The notes beneath the pieces were generated by a model that was given only the letters and a program-made list of their open reading frames with translations, did no database searches and was not told the origin of the DNA. From Octopus bimaculoides (taxonomy: Eukaryota), in assembly GCF_001194135.2 (NCBI RefSeq), contig NC_068987.1, positions 34,799,312 through 34,842,615 on the forward strand: 43,304 nt of DNA, in the 5' to 3' direction. A program made the position numbers and the translations under genes. Below, in pieces: positions 23,769 to 36,857 of this stretch (position 1 is its first letter; each line of letters begins with the position of its first letter).

Positions 23769-24303
23769 AGGTTATATTTCAGCGTATAGATGATCACACT
23801 GATCTAATTAATAATGGAGTTAATTTTATTAATAACGGAGTTGATTAAGTTGTTATTCATACTTCGGTCATCGATCAAAACAGATAAGAATCAAAACACG
23901 GATCGTAGTGTTAGAACTAATATAATGGAAAAATTGTAATTATTTAATAATTTACGTCTAAGCTCGCACATTGTGCTTACTGAATTACAAACATCATTAA
24001 TTCTATTTAATTTCGTTTCTTCTTTTGCAAGTGGCTGCAGCAGTGATGCTTGACACGTTGCTCCCAAAGAAATTTTTGTTACACAATTAGCTTGGCAGCT
24101 CTTGGATTTCGCGTTACGTTTCTCTAACAATAATATCGCTGTAAATCTATAGTCTTCGGCATTTAGTAGAGCGCCATGTATAACGTACGGTGTTGCTTAT
24201 TTTTCACCACGATTATATTTATCAGCAAGTTCTACGCTGCTTTCATTAATAAAAGTTAAAATGAGTCGACTGTGTCCATAAATCTCATGCGTTTCCATGT
24301 GTC

Positions 24304-24651
24304 CTAACGATTCCGAAGCGTCATCGTCACCTTCATAGATTCAGCTACATTGGCGAAACCGTTCTCTACAAAATCTGTAAATAATAGCAGCATTTTTGAC
24401 TTTGAAATATTTGATGGCAGGATATGTATGAGTTTGTTGAAAGTGCTCGAGGTTATTGCATTGCTTGCAAGTGAGCCGTAAATACTTTCGGATATATATG
24501 GCCAAGGATATTTGAAGTGAATGACACCCTTGAATAGTGAACAATTTCTGTACATAAGAAATGGAATTCCACTTTCATTTTTCAGCATATATTCAATCAA
24601 CTTTGCGTTAAGGAACACTGCCTCATTCACAAGGGATTTTAATTTAATCAT
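24304..24651 (-). other. Unassigned 115-aa ORF in non-repetitive, coding-like sequence
   Basis: ORF track. It overlaps a second frame with only two stops across ~23891-24544. No motif recognised. Confidence 0.2.
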
Positions 24652-24783
24652 TTAAACATTTAGGGAAATGAATGAGTTTGTATCCTCTTGTATTTAATGG
24701 AGAGAATGTGGTACCACTGTTTACTAAGAAACTTTAGCTGTCTACCCACTCTCTCTCTCTATATAATATAATATATACATGCA

Positions 24784-24817
<34 letters not shown>

Positions 24818-24840
24818 CACATGCACATATATAAACACAA

Positions 24841-25091
24841 NNNNNNNNNNNNNNNNNNNNNNNNNNNNNNNNNNNNNNNNNNNNNNNNNNNNNNNNNNNN
24901 NNNNNNNNNNNNNNNNNNNNNNNNNNNNNNNNNNNNNNNNNNNNNNNNNNNNNNNNNNNNNNNNNNNNNNNNNNNNNNNNNNNNNNNNNNNNNNNNNNNN
25001 NNNNNNNNNNNNNNNNNNNNNNNNNNNNNNNNNNNNNNNNNNNNNNNNNNNNNNNNNNNNNNNNNNNNNNNNNNNNNNNNNNNNNNNNNNN
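24841..25091. other. Assembly gap (N)
   Basis: N run. Confidence 1.
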
Positions 25092-25820
25092 TAAGTAGGG
25101 ATAAGCACCAGACACGAACAAGAAATCTAAACAAACCATGGAGAAACACGAAGTAAGAACATTAAGGAAAAATATTCCTATTCTTCCAATAATTGTGCTC
25201 ATCAATAATTGTTAACGTATTAAGATAATTACTTAACATAAAATCAAAGGTAGACTTAGTAAAAAAATAAAGAAACGTTATCTACCAAGGCGGCGTTGAG
25301 CACGCATTCTCAACATATATCCGGTACAACAAATTTACTTAACGTCCCAAGAGATACACAATCAAAATGGTATGAATACAATCATATCCAGCTTTTCGTA
25401 TTTCTCTTCTAGCCTATTCTTTTATATTTATTCTTCACTCTGATGAAGCTCCAAGTTTCAGATTGGTTTTATTACAAAGTATAATAAATATGTTTAGCAT
25501 ATCAGTGGCAATACCATACAAAATTGAAAGCAGAAATAGCTGTTAGATGGGAAGCAGTCTATTTCTATTGAATTAATAAATAATAATTCAATTGTTGTTC
25601 ATCAATATTTTTCCATTTTCTGTTTTCTTTAAATTTTGATTTTTGATAAACTCATGTTTATCCTTGTCTTTACCTATAATTTATGAGCATATTATGCTTG
25701 CATACGTATGGCCATAGTTAAACATAGGTAATATACAGGTAGTATAATGGATACTTCTAACCCTTAGACGATTGTTTTAACCCCTATATCAAAACTGACC
25801 AATATATATATATATATATA

Positions 25821-26012
25821 NNNNNNNNNNNNNNNNNNNNNNNNNNNNNNNNNNNNNNNNNNNNNNNNNNNNNNNNNNNNNNNNNNNNNNNNNNNNNNNN
25901 NNNNNNNNNNNNNNNNNNNNNNNNNNNNNNNNNNNNNNNNNNNNNNNNNNNNNNNNNNNNNNNNNNNNNNNNNNNNNNNNNNNNNNNNNNNNNNNNNNNN
26001 NNNNNNNNNNNN
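25821..26012. other. Assembly gap (N)
   Basis: N run. Confidence 1.
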
Positions 26013-26021
26013 ATATACTTA

Positions 26022-27300
26022 TACACGGTGTCACAGAAATATTTACCCATGTTTAAAACTCTTCCTAACGAATATCGCTTTAGGTAATATTATCTACATT
26101 TTACGTGAGGATTTACCTATATATTTTGTTCATGTGTCCATTGTGCCGTTCATATATATAAGGTTTGTAAACAAATATGCCGTCGAAAGCAAACGTGACC
26201 AGATTGTTGAAAAATGCTGGAGTAAGAAAGAGGGACACAACAAAACAGTTCAACGTGTGCTGTAAACAGTGTTCAATACTTGGAAAGGATATATGGCGCC
26301 TGATACTACTTCTGATAAGTCAGTTTCAGCTAGAAAATGATAAATTCGGAACAAACAGACTGTTGAAGCAGTGAAGAAACGACTGAACCGAAATCCCTGC
26401 AAGAGTGCAAGAAAAACTGCCAAATCTCGTGATATTTCGAAATCGTCAATGCACAGGATGTTTAAAGAAGATTTAAAATTAAATGCATACAAGAAACAAT
26501 CCGGCAGTTAATTTCAGCAGCTTCCAAGAAAAATGGTTCGACAGAGATAAAACAATGTTAGTTGAGACGAAGCGCGCCGCTACCACAATGTTGGTCTGGT
26601 CCAACGAGAAAATCTTCACAGTGAAGGTAGTTACTAATAGGTAGAATAAGGGCCTTATGTACATAATGCAGTGGACTTGCCCGAAGGTAACATGTTTCAT
26701 TTACGCAGTCAGAAGGCAGTTTCACTCATGGTGTGGAACGGTGATGCATCTGGTGGTCCAAGTCTCCCGTGATCGTCATTGATGTTGGCGTCAAGGTCAA
26801 CTGTGGAGTTTATGTACAAATATTGGGTGAGAAAGTTTACCCTGGGTTACAGAAACCTATGGTGACCGTTACATCTTCACTCAAGATCGGGCTAAGACCC
26901 ACACATCCAATTTGACACAGATAAGTGGTTCAAAGAGCATTTCAGCGGTTTTGGAGACAACAGAATATGACTTCCCTTAAGTCCAGACATCCATCCCATG
27001 GACTTTGCTTTCTGGTACCTCTTAAAAAGTAACATTTCCGCTCACTCCTATTCAAATGTGTAAGATCTGAAGAAAGCCCTTCTGTGTTCATGGATCAACT
27101 TGGATGAAAATGTGATACGGCGTTCAGGCAATTCAGTGACCAATCGTTTGCAGGCTATGATCAAGGCGAAGGTGATCATTTTGAAATGTAATTCCTGCAA
27201 TGGACTGGCAATTTAGATTAGAACATGTGTGCCAAATTGCATTTCCTACCTTAAGTATATTTTGAATAATTAAGAAATATCAATGGGTAAACCCTGGATA
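26022..27300 (+). mobile_element. Full-length (~1.28 kb) decayed maT-like (DD37D) Tc1/mariner transposon
   Basis: ATG at 26177 (MPSKANVTRLLKNAG). Motifs RLNRNPCKSARK, VWSNEKIFTV, FTQD..KTHTS (D at 26885) and SPDIHPMDFAFW (D at 27001), with 113 nt between the two D codons (111 expected for DD37D). Left TIR TAcacggtgtcacagaaatatttacccat; degenerate right TIR atgggtaaa...ccctggata. Confidence 0.87.
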
Positions 27301-27479
27301 AAGTTACATATACAAATGAGAAATACAATCAAAGAAAGAATATTCTATAAACTACATTGAGTTAAAAGTTCTTTCGTATTTAAAATTTTCATTAATAGCT
27401 AAAAAAAATTATATCCCATCATATTTTACTGTTTGTTGCCACATGTGCCAGTATCTCAATTCCCTATTAATAGTTATCA

Positions 27480-28045
27480 CCTAGTTTACAAGCCAAAATG
27501 TCCCTGTACACCTTTTCAAATGCACGAAATAAGTCAAGGCTCGGTATGGGGTGCGAGGGGAGATAGTAGGCAGAGTGATGCAGCATTTGCAGCCCTTTAA
27601 GTTTCCCAAGTTTGCCCTTGGCTGTTGAGCTGGGCCAATGTCATGCTGTACCAGCGATGGTCTTCCATTGACCAATGACGGTTAGTGGGCTTTGAATTCA
27701 TCATTTCAATGCACCAAAACTTTTAATGCATCAAAACTCGCTGTAGTTATTGAGCATAAAAGTAGTGTTTACATTGTGATGATCTGAGACAATCATAAAA
27801 TGCAACACCATCTCGGAATTTCACCAAACAACATACACTTCTGTTCACACCATGCTTTGACAACAGAAAATCTACCTGACCTTGATTTGTCTTACAAGCT
27901 AGTGTCACCATCTTTTATTGGAACGTCTGAAGCAGTCATGTGCTGCATGTTAGTTGACAGTCCCTGAGCCTTTGACATCGTTAATTTCTTTTGGTTTTGA
28001 CTTGTACTAACATATATTTTGTTTTCAATGGTAGCATAAAATATC
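27480..28045 (-). mobile_element. Internally deleted, decayed mariner (subfamily distinct from 31063-32355)
   Basis: Minus strand: EINDVKGSGTVN...CFRR...GDTSL*DKSRSGR (mariner HTH region), then a deletion, then VNGRP.LVQHDIGP (cf. LLHDNARPH) and LHHSAY (cf. LPHPPYSPD). Confidence 0.72.
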
Positions 28046-28049
28046 TCTA

Positions 28050-28472
28050 ACGGTTTTTTTTTCACCACTAATTTTCAAAGGTGGTGAATATTTTTTTATG
28101 GGCGGTGGCAGGTGCAGGACATCCAAAACTTGGGTCATCGCCAAGTTTTTCCCTCCCCTTTCTGAATTTAGTTGTCCAATTTTGCACTGTTGACAATATT
28201 GGGGCGCCATTCCCTAATGTAGCAATCATATCACCATGAATGTTTTGCGGGGATAAACACCTTTTCTGCAGGTAATCGATAACAAAATGATGCCAAATTT
28301 TGTCCAGTTTCAAAAGTCCCTACTAGTTAGTTCTGAAGACTTTTTGAACAGTTAGATATCCAGTTCCCCTGGAAGGGAGCAATGCAGTTTTTAATAGGAA
28401 AAGTTGAAATTAGGGTATAAAAGATTTCTCAGCTGCGGCATCACTCCCTCATAGTCAAACTATGAACTTTTC
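28050..28472 (-). mobile_element. Mariner 5' fragment (HTH region and left TIR), same family as 31063-32355
   Basis: ORF DKIWHHFVIDYLQKRCLSPQNIHGDMIATLG...STVQNWTTKFRKGREKLGDDPSFGCP. TIR piece gaaaagttcatagtttgactatgagggag matches the left TIR at 32300-32355. Confidence 0.85.
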
Positions 28473-28552
28473 TCTCTCTGTCTTTCTTTCTCTCTTTCTC
28501 TCATCCTCTCTAGAGAGAGAGAAAAGTGGAGAGGGAGAAAGAGTGCAATAAA

Positions 28553-28562
28553 TAGATAGATG

Positions 28563-28614
<52 letters not shown>

Positions 28615-28631
28615 TATAGATAGATAGATAG
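28553..28631. repeat. (GATA)n tetranucleotide microsatellite
   Basis: Direct reading. Confidence 0.95.
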
Positions 28632-31062
28632 TTACGTACATGCATACTTACATACATACACACATGCCTACATATAAACAGACACACAGACAGATACACA
28701 GGCAGGCAAACAGATAGGAATGCATACAACTGATTCGATACCTTGAAAGTAACGTACGGAAAGGTAGCGATTTTATGAGTGGTAACGGTTATGTTTACCA
28801 TGCAACACAAGCAGAGCAGGATTGAAACTCCAGTCGCATGCTGTTATAGCTGAATCAATCCACTTTCGATATTTTTGAGCGCATTAAGAGTGTGAAGACT
28901 CGGCACAAATACAGTTAGGCATTCTGCATGAGTTTCTAATAACTGCCCCAGCCGCTATTTCCTCGTATGGAGGAAAGCATTACTGGTGTTTGATTCTTCT
29001 TGTACTATTTATATACCCCAAAACACTCGAAAATATCCATCTTTGCTGTACTCTTCACCACCTCGACCATTCTCATCAGAGTCACTCAGTAAAGTATTTA
29101 ACAATCTGTGCCCTATTGCAATCGCGAAACCCTTCATGTATTTATGGATACCAAGATACTTAAGAGTTTGACAGTATGAGGTAGATATATAATTTAGAAT
29201 GCTTAGGCGAGAACCACGTAAAATGTTTAAATCTTCCAAAATAGAATGGTATCACAGATATTTTACTTCTATTGCATTGTTCTCAAGCAATTATTTTCTG
29301 CTCATCTGTTAGAGTTAAGTGGCCTATTTCAACATACCATATGTTATGAACACATTTGAATACAACATAGCAGATAAAACACTCGTTCAAATTACGGTGT
29401 TTACTCTGCATTTACTCCTAAATATGACTTGAAACTACATCCGGTTGTGGGGTTCGTATTGATGAGTATGAAAGCATATCTAACCCCAATTTTCTCTAAG
29501 TATACCGTGACCGAGAACAGTAGTACCTATCAGTGACCAAGCTATGGGTTACTTAGTATGCTTAGTAACCCAGAATGAGGTTATTTGTAGACACACTAAA
29601 GGATATTGGGTAGATACGGTTACTCAGCCTTTTACATGTTCATCAAAGTAATATCTATTAAATTTTGCATCCTGCTAACTACGGGTTCCGTGGCACTTGT
29701 TGCTCCAGTTCAATACAAATTTGAAAGAGGAGATGGTAGGATTCGCTCGGCACAATTCATGTCTATTATGAAAAATAGAACTCATCATTCAGTTTCTTCA
29801 GCAACAAAGGTAGTAGTACCAGCACCGCCTTTCTTTATAAGTCCAATGGCAATAAGAAAAGGGTGAGGAGGACAGATAGAGAGAGAAAGTTACTGTAAGT
29901 TTAAATCCGAGTCCAATCTACCTCTAAATGAATGGTGACCACTAGCGAAACATCGGCAAACACATCTGCAATGCCGGAGAAACCTAAAATCCAACATGAG
30001 ATGACACGACAAAACGTTAAACTGAGAACATAATTCGGCTTTGTTTTGCTGAACAATCACACGGCGAAACGAAGGAATTCAATATACTGCATTCAAAACA
30101 GCATAGAATAGCCTCTAAGACATACGTTTACAGTTCAAATTATAGTAGTTGCTAATTTTTGGTCATATGTCCCAATTTCATATAATCAGCAGATTCCAAT
30201 ATTTTAGAAAATTGTACAGAACCAAAGTAATGTTGCAGAAGGAACTTCTATTTTATTATGAAAAAGAAATGAATGCGGCATTACGACTTTCACAATAAAT
30301 CTAATATATATAAGGAGCTATAGTAAATTCTTAACATATGGCAGAATATCTGTTAAACGAGATGTTTGGTAAGAAACCAAAAATTGTAAGATTTTATATA
30401 GTTTCTTACAATTTTGTTCACAATGAAGGATTACGCATTTTGTTTTGTTCTGCCTGTATCATTTTAGCACAAATTTCTTATTGTGTAATTTTAAAAGTGG
30501 TTATTCACATCGATTTGATCTTTACTGCACATGAGATGTGCAACTTTGATTGAATCTGATTTGAACTGGTATTCAAACTATGAACAATACAACATATTTA
30601 TCGTATTTTCAACAGACTCCTGTTAATAGAAAGTGTGTGATTCTTCGAAGTAGAACAATGGGTTCAAAGTCACAATGCGAACATATAGTATTTTCAGATT
30701 TTCGAATAATATCATACAAACTAAGCCAGTGTTCCAGTTTAAATCTATCACCAATAGCTAATATACAATAGAATGCCATTGATTGGTTCTGATAACATTA
30801 AATATTGATTTCTTACTCTGTCACAGCACAATATACGTTTGTAGGGACATTTGTACTGCTGTTCGAATAGTTTCAATATGGTTTGTTTTTTAAATCAAGC
30901 CTGATAGGAAGAAAATGGGAGTCAATAATGGAGGAATGAAAGCGCAGGAATTTTTTTAAAAAACGCTGAATGTTCTTTTGATAAATAATTTTTATAATCT
31001 GAAACCTAGTACTCCAGCCGCAACAATGTGGCTTATATTTGCAATACTGAAAACTAAACAAA

Positions 31063-32355
31063 TACGCACGTCAGTTGAAGAGTCCATAAGCTGACCAATA
31101 TATTCTCATGGAACGTGACCTAATGAGGTTGTTTTTCAGCATAGCCCTTCTTGCGGTGCGCACTGTTCGCCCATCGGCGTTGCAGTGCATCGATCCCTTT
31201 GGTTAAGAATCTTTCATCCGGTTAGTCAAAAATAGTCATCAACAGTAGATATGATCTCGTCATCACTGCGATACTGGTTGCAAGACGAGTGTTTTTTTGT
31301 GTTGGGAACAAATGATTATCAGATGAGACTAAATCAGGAGAATGAGGAGTATGATGAACTAGTTGAAAGCCACAGTCACACACTGCAACCATTGAAACGA
31401 AGGCCTAGTATTTTTTGCATTGTCTTGATGAAAATAAAAACCCTTCTATCAGTTTTCCTTGGAGGTTGGCTTTGCTTATCTTTCGCAACCACCTCAGCAA
31501 GTTGAGGTACTACTCTCCATTTATAGTGTGGCCCTTTTGAAGATAGTCAATAAACAAAATTATTTTTTACATGCCGCACAGAAAAACGGGCCATCATACG
31601 ACCTAGAGATTAAACGATTCTGGCGTTCTTTGGAGCTGGCGAGGTGGGATGTTTTCATTGCCTGAATTGTTTCCTTATTTCTGGGTTAAAGGGGTGATAC
31701 CAACCTTCATCCTGGTTTAGAAAAAGTGAAAGGGAGCCAGTTAGATCTTCCACACACAATGTCAGATTTTCCTGATACGATCATGCTGACAAGCTTTTGA
31801 TCAAGTCAGAAGATGAGGCACACGCCGAGTAGAAGCCTTCATTCATGTCAAGATTCATGTGAAGAATGTTCTCAACTCCCTAATAGGCTATACTAATAGC
31901 ATTGGCTGTTGGATTTATTGTCAATCTCCTGTCATGTATCACCATGTCGAGAACACAATCAAAGTTTTCCTCCGTGATGGCAGTTTCAGGATATCCAGGC
32001 CTTGGGACATCTTCAAGAATTATCCTTTTCCTCCTAAGTTCAGTTGCCTTCTATTACACTGTTGTTAAACCTGGAGTGCTAATGTGTAATATAGCGACCA
32101 TGTCAGCATAAATGTCTTTTGCGGGTAATGTTTTTTTTTTCTGAAGATAACTGATAGCACCACACATTTTGTTCATTTTCAAAAGAAGTATCCTTTTTAT
32201 ATTTGAAGTATTTTGTGAAGTATGACATGACATTTTCCTGGAAAGAAACATAACATTAATTAATAAGAAAGGTCGTACTTAATGCATGCTATACTTCACA
32301 GATCTAGTAGTATTCCTTCATAGTCAGCCTATGGAATTTTCAGCGCACCCTCGTA
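31063..32355 (-). mobile_element. Full-length (1293 nt) decayed mariner (DD34D) transposon with both TIRs and TA ends
   Basis: TIRs TAcgagggtgcgctgaaaattccataggctgac (32355 end) and TAcgcacgtcagttgaagagtccataagctgac (31063 end). ATG at 32176. Motifs NQDEGWYH, IDYLQKGHTINGE, HQDNA and HSPDLVSSD, with 101 nt between the last two D codons (102 expected for DD34D). Confidence 0.93.
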
Positions 32356-32650
32356 TTTTCACGAAATAGTTGTTTGCATACATATATGTATACACAATGC
32401 ACACACACGTACACGCACAAAGATACATATAAAGCAAATTATTTATAGAGATCTCTCCACAACTCTGCATTTAAACAGAAACTTTGACACTTGTACTTTT
32501 ACGTCATTTAAATAAATGATAATTCTTGGCATATCTGAAATCTAAAGAGAACAAACTGTTGAAGTTTCAGTCAATAAGACTGCTGAATTATTTAATATTT
32601 GGAGTGGTATCGTCACTAAAATAACGTTCATTTTTGTATCAATTGAACAG

Positions 32651-32945
32651 TTGAGCTACTGTGAGAGACTGAAAGAGCGGCAACCCTACTCACTGGAGTA
32701 AAGACGGTAGAAGTATGCAGTAATATACTTATAGAAGATCCGAGATAGCTTGGCTCCATACTTTCGCCTCGAGATCCATACTAACCCCGGAATTGGACAT
32801 TACTGCACTCTTCCAAAAATTCGAGCTACCCCCTCTAGCTTTGGATTCAAGGACCCACAGCTATTTAATGCCTTGCCAAAACAGCTGAGCGATCTTCATG
32901 CTGTAAGGGTAGATAGTTTCAAGAAGTGTCGAACTTCTTCCTTCA
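32651..32945 (+). mobile_element. CR1/L2-group LINE, decayed 3' end of ORF2
   Basis: LSYCERLKE..PYSLE*RR*KYAVIYL*KI..SLAP, then SFGFKDPQLFNALPKQLSDLH...FK. This matches the post-RT C-terminal motifs LSY.ERL..L.L.SLE.RR and GP.LFN.LP of CR1-like LINEs. Confidence 0.8.
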
Positions 32946-32959
32946 CGAATGGTCAATCA

Positions 32960-33055
32960 TTAAGAATAGCCATTGAGAAGGTGATTACACTCAAAGTGCT
33001 TCAGCACGGCCATGTTCTTAGGGTTGAAACGTATGAAAGTATAAAAGAATAAAAT
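32960..33055 (+). mobile_element. SINE family B 3' tail
   Basis: gtgcttcagcacggccatg...tgaaacgtatgaaagtataaaagaataaaa resembles the tail at 590-640. Confidence 0.55.
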
Positions 33056-33109
33056 AATTCCAACACCAAGCTAAAACCTGCTTTAACAAGCATGTTTTTG
33101 AACGATAGT

Positions 33110-33520
33110 CGAAACACACAGAGGGACCGCAGAATGCTGAATCAGATAGTGTCTCAAAACCTTAGAATTACTTACACAAATAAACAGTAGAGTTCAACCA
33201 CAACATTGCCAGACTTGTGCCTACCAAAATTCAAATCCATTCATAATGAGCTCCATAAGCCTCAAGATGATTCGAAGTCGGCAATTTTTAAAACTCCCCT
33301 GTCATATATAATATCTAATAAACTGTAAACTGGTGTCTACACTATCAGCGGAACAATGGAACAATGTTATCATTTGTAATGAATCAACTTTCATCTTTTC
33401 TCACAATTAACTGCAAGTATATATCAGGTGGTGATCCAAGGAATCCTTTAATTCCGACGAACACAGAGCATGTAGATGGCTCTGTAAAACTTGCCATATC
33501 ATGGAATTCTTGTTCAGATT
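33110..33520 (+). mobile_element. Decayed Tc1-like relic
   Basis: TQRDRRMLNQIVSQNLRIT (Tc1 HTH motif), EQWNNVIICNESTF (first catalytic motif) and a weak HVDGSV (cf. HGGGSV). Confidence 0.6.
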
Positions 33521-33552
33521 AGACGCCAAGTCTTATCTGAATATTTTGGCTG

Positions 33553-33603
33553 ATGGTACAAACATTGCTATGGTACAAACATTGCTATGGTAGAAACATT
33601 GCT
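33553..33603. repeat. Three tandem copies of the 17-bp unit ATGGTACAAACATTGCT
   Basis: Direct reading; the third copy has one substitution (GGTAG). Confidence 0.95.
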
Positions 33604-33875
33604 CCCTCTATCCCTCTATATAGTGCAATCTTCCGCAAAAACACTACACTTATTAATACAGCTAATCTTCTTACAAAATGCGCAAAATGTATTTATACAT
33701 ACATACACTTGGATTGACTCGTGCAATCAGCGCACACTAATACAATCTACAATTTGGGATGCATTTTGTTGCAGCAAAATATATAGTGCAACTTTTACAA
33801 CCGTGACCAGTAAAATAGGAAAAACGGTTAAACCATGTTTAGACTTTTGTTTATAATATATATATATATACATAT

Positions 33876-33902
33876 NNNNNNNNNNNNNNNNNNNNNNNNN
33901 NN
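33876..33902. other. Assembly gap (N)
   Basis: N run. Confidence 1.
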
Positions 33903-35083
33903 ATGATCAAAAAACGATAACTCGGGATTTTTCAAGGATTAAGGTGTATTTTTCTATTACTGAACGCAAAAACTCCCACTTTTCTTCTACTCAAGTAGAG
34001 AAATGGCACAAAAAACAATAATAATAGGACTACAATACATGTCTAAGTGAAATATCATACAATATATTTCAAATCTCTATGTGTTGGAGAAATGGACCAA
34101 CATATTTATATATGTCTATTAAATAGAATTAAATGTAAATTTCATTCAGAGGTTCATAAATCTAAGTAAACTTTATTCATTTAAACTGTGTGACAAAGTC
34201 ACTAAGTCACGGTATGGTGATATAATGGAGAAAAATGGCTTGAAGTAATAATTTAGGTTTGTGTGCTAATGTTTGTTCGCTCGTCTAACCATATAACTAT
34301 TATTTCCACAAATGTTACCTTATATCCATCGAAATTTACAAATACGGATCTGCTTGTATATTACCATATAATGTTAAAAATGATACTATTTCTCCTTTGG
34401 AAATGAGCAGTATTGGGTTGCGTCTATCACAATTACGCGACAAAATGTACTTTTAAGTATTTCAGTGCAATGGGAACTAAACGTTTTATTATATAACACA
34501 ATAAGTGTACTGTCGTTTTTCTTTGTGGAATTACATTTCGACTAAATATCTAACGGGGCTGAACATGTATTTGACTACATGCAGAATGTGAATAAGAATG
34601 TTCAGTTAGTTGAATCAATCTGGGGAAAATGATCTCGGAAGATTCATAAGCGTAAAAGTGATACCAAAAAATGGTACTTGCATAGCATTTAGTGAAAGAA
34701 AGCACATTCAAATTGATATAATACGTGAAGCTAGTTTTCAATATGTTACACAATTACATGATAATTGGTTTTGATGCTAAATATACATTTAGAAACACAA
34801 ATATATGCATACATACCAAAAATGCATGTATACCAGAGTCAAAATAAGAAGGAAATATCTGAAACAATTTCATAGAAAAATATGGTTTATTTTTTAAATT
34901 TTAATTCGTCCTCTCCTCATACACTTAAGCTTCAAATCATGAAATTAACCCTGTAAATCATAAAAGCAAACCTATATGTTTATGTCCTTACACATACACA
35001 CAGCCATCCATATACACCTTTATATCGAGATAGCTTTATATAGTCGTAATACATATATATGTGTATATGCGGGTGTACGTATG

Positions 35084-35127
<44 letters not shown>

Positions 35128-36187
35128 CATATATATATACACATACACAAACACATACACGCACACCCACACATACACACATATATATGCAGCTTTATGC
35201 ATAATTTTGTACCCCGCGGAAACAGGGACAAACATATAATTATACATATTTATATAAAGTACATACACAGATATACAATCACACACACACACACACGCAC
35301 AAACTGAAACAGACACATATATGCATCTGTGTATGTATATGTATAGGTAATTCATCAATCATTTTACATGCAGCCAGATATACACATGTCAGGATACATG
35401 TGAATATGCATGGTGGCATATATACCAAAACACCCTACGTTTGCACTTACATATATATGAATACACATAGGCATTAATATTCATTCACACCTTTACTGAT
35501 GTCAGTCGATATTCATATTTATTACCAATATTTATTGCCACTCTTCTGATTATGATGATTGAAGGGAGAAAAAATATTTAAGAGACATTATTATGTTTTT
35601 TGTTTATGTTTTTTTCAAGTTTTCATCAATTGTTGCTTACATATTTATTTGAGTCCAGTTATTGCCTTTACGAGTTTATTCAATAAATAGGTTTTAATTC
35701 AGTTCATAATATTTTTTAATATAAAGTTGTTATATTTTGGTATCAATATTTTTTTGTTACTATAGATTTTCAGGTGGAAAATGTGATTTCTGATTATTTT
35801 CATGTCATAAATTTAAGAAAAAATATTTAAATTTTTGTTGAAGGATTTTTGTTGTAAACTTCAGAAGCTACACTTTCGAAATTGTAAACTTATGTTGTAC
35901 GCAAATTTACAAACAAGTGTACCATGTATGTGTATGTTTGCCTGTCGAGTATGTGTGGTGTATGTAATTAAATTAGTGTATGTAAGAGGATGTAAATATC
36001 CTAATTTTTTTAAAGTATATACATTATATCATTCAATTGTGTATGCATGTATTTGATGCGAGAAAAGTATATTTACTTTAGCGGGTTGATTGCGGTTGGA
36101 GACAGTAAACAAAGACATACACATATATATAGTCACAATAAATAACACAAACATGACGTAATATAAAATAATCAGATAAGATATCAC

Positions 36188-36395
<208 letters not shown>

Positions 36396-36857
36396 AAAAA
36401 GGACACTGAAACGGACGTAGTCAAAGGCTGAGAGATATTTAGAAGAATATTGTTCGACAAATCTAAAAATAATTGCTGTAAATAATATCCCTGTCTTAAA
36501 ATTCTGATTTAGTTGTGCGCCTTAGCTGCCCATGAAAAATTATGTCCTGTTCTATCGGATATAGATTTGAGCAATAATTTTTGTCTCTGAAGCAAAGGAT
36601 ATATGGCACTTGTGTCTTATAAACATCTTCCAGAATCTACAAAGACAATATCATCGCAAGTTCATTTTTTCATCTAGTAGCATAATGTGATTTTGTTCAA
36701 AATAGTTATGTTTGCATGCACGTGTGTGTGTGTGTTAGCGTGTGCGTGTCTGCGTACATTTATAAACATGTGTGAATGTTAGCTATTACACAGTGGAGAG
36801 GAAATGTAACTCGCAACATACAGTTTGTTGTATTTAATTTGGAGATTAGGCGGATTT

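Noticed and set aside
25438-25470. Other CTGATGA hits (25440 plus, ~29075 minus, ~40895 plus) as additional hammerheads
   Set aside because: No paired stem II followed by GAAAC-NUH and no closing stem I.
30380-30415. Perfect 12-bp inverted repeat AAAATTGTAAGA/TCTTACAATTTT as a pre-miRNA
   Set aside because: AT-rich and too short; the stem does not extend cleanly to pre-miRNA length.
33553-33603. Short direct repeats as CRISPR-like or regulatory arrays
   Set aside because: A simple tandem 17-mer without spacers in eukaryotic DNA; no cas genes or prokaryotic features anywhere in the window.
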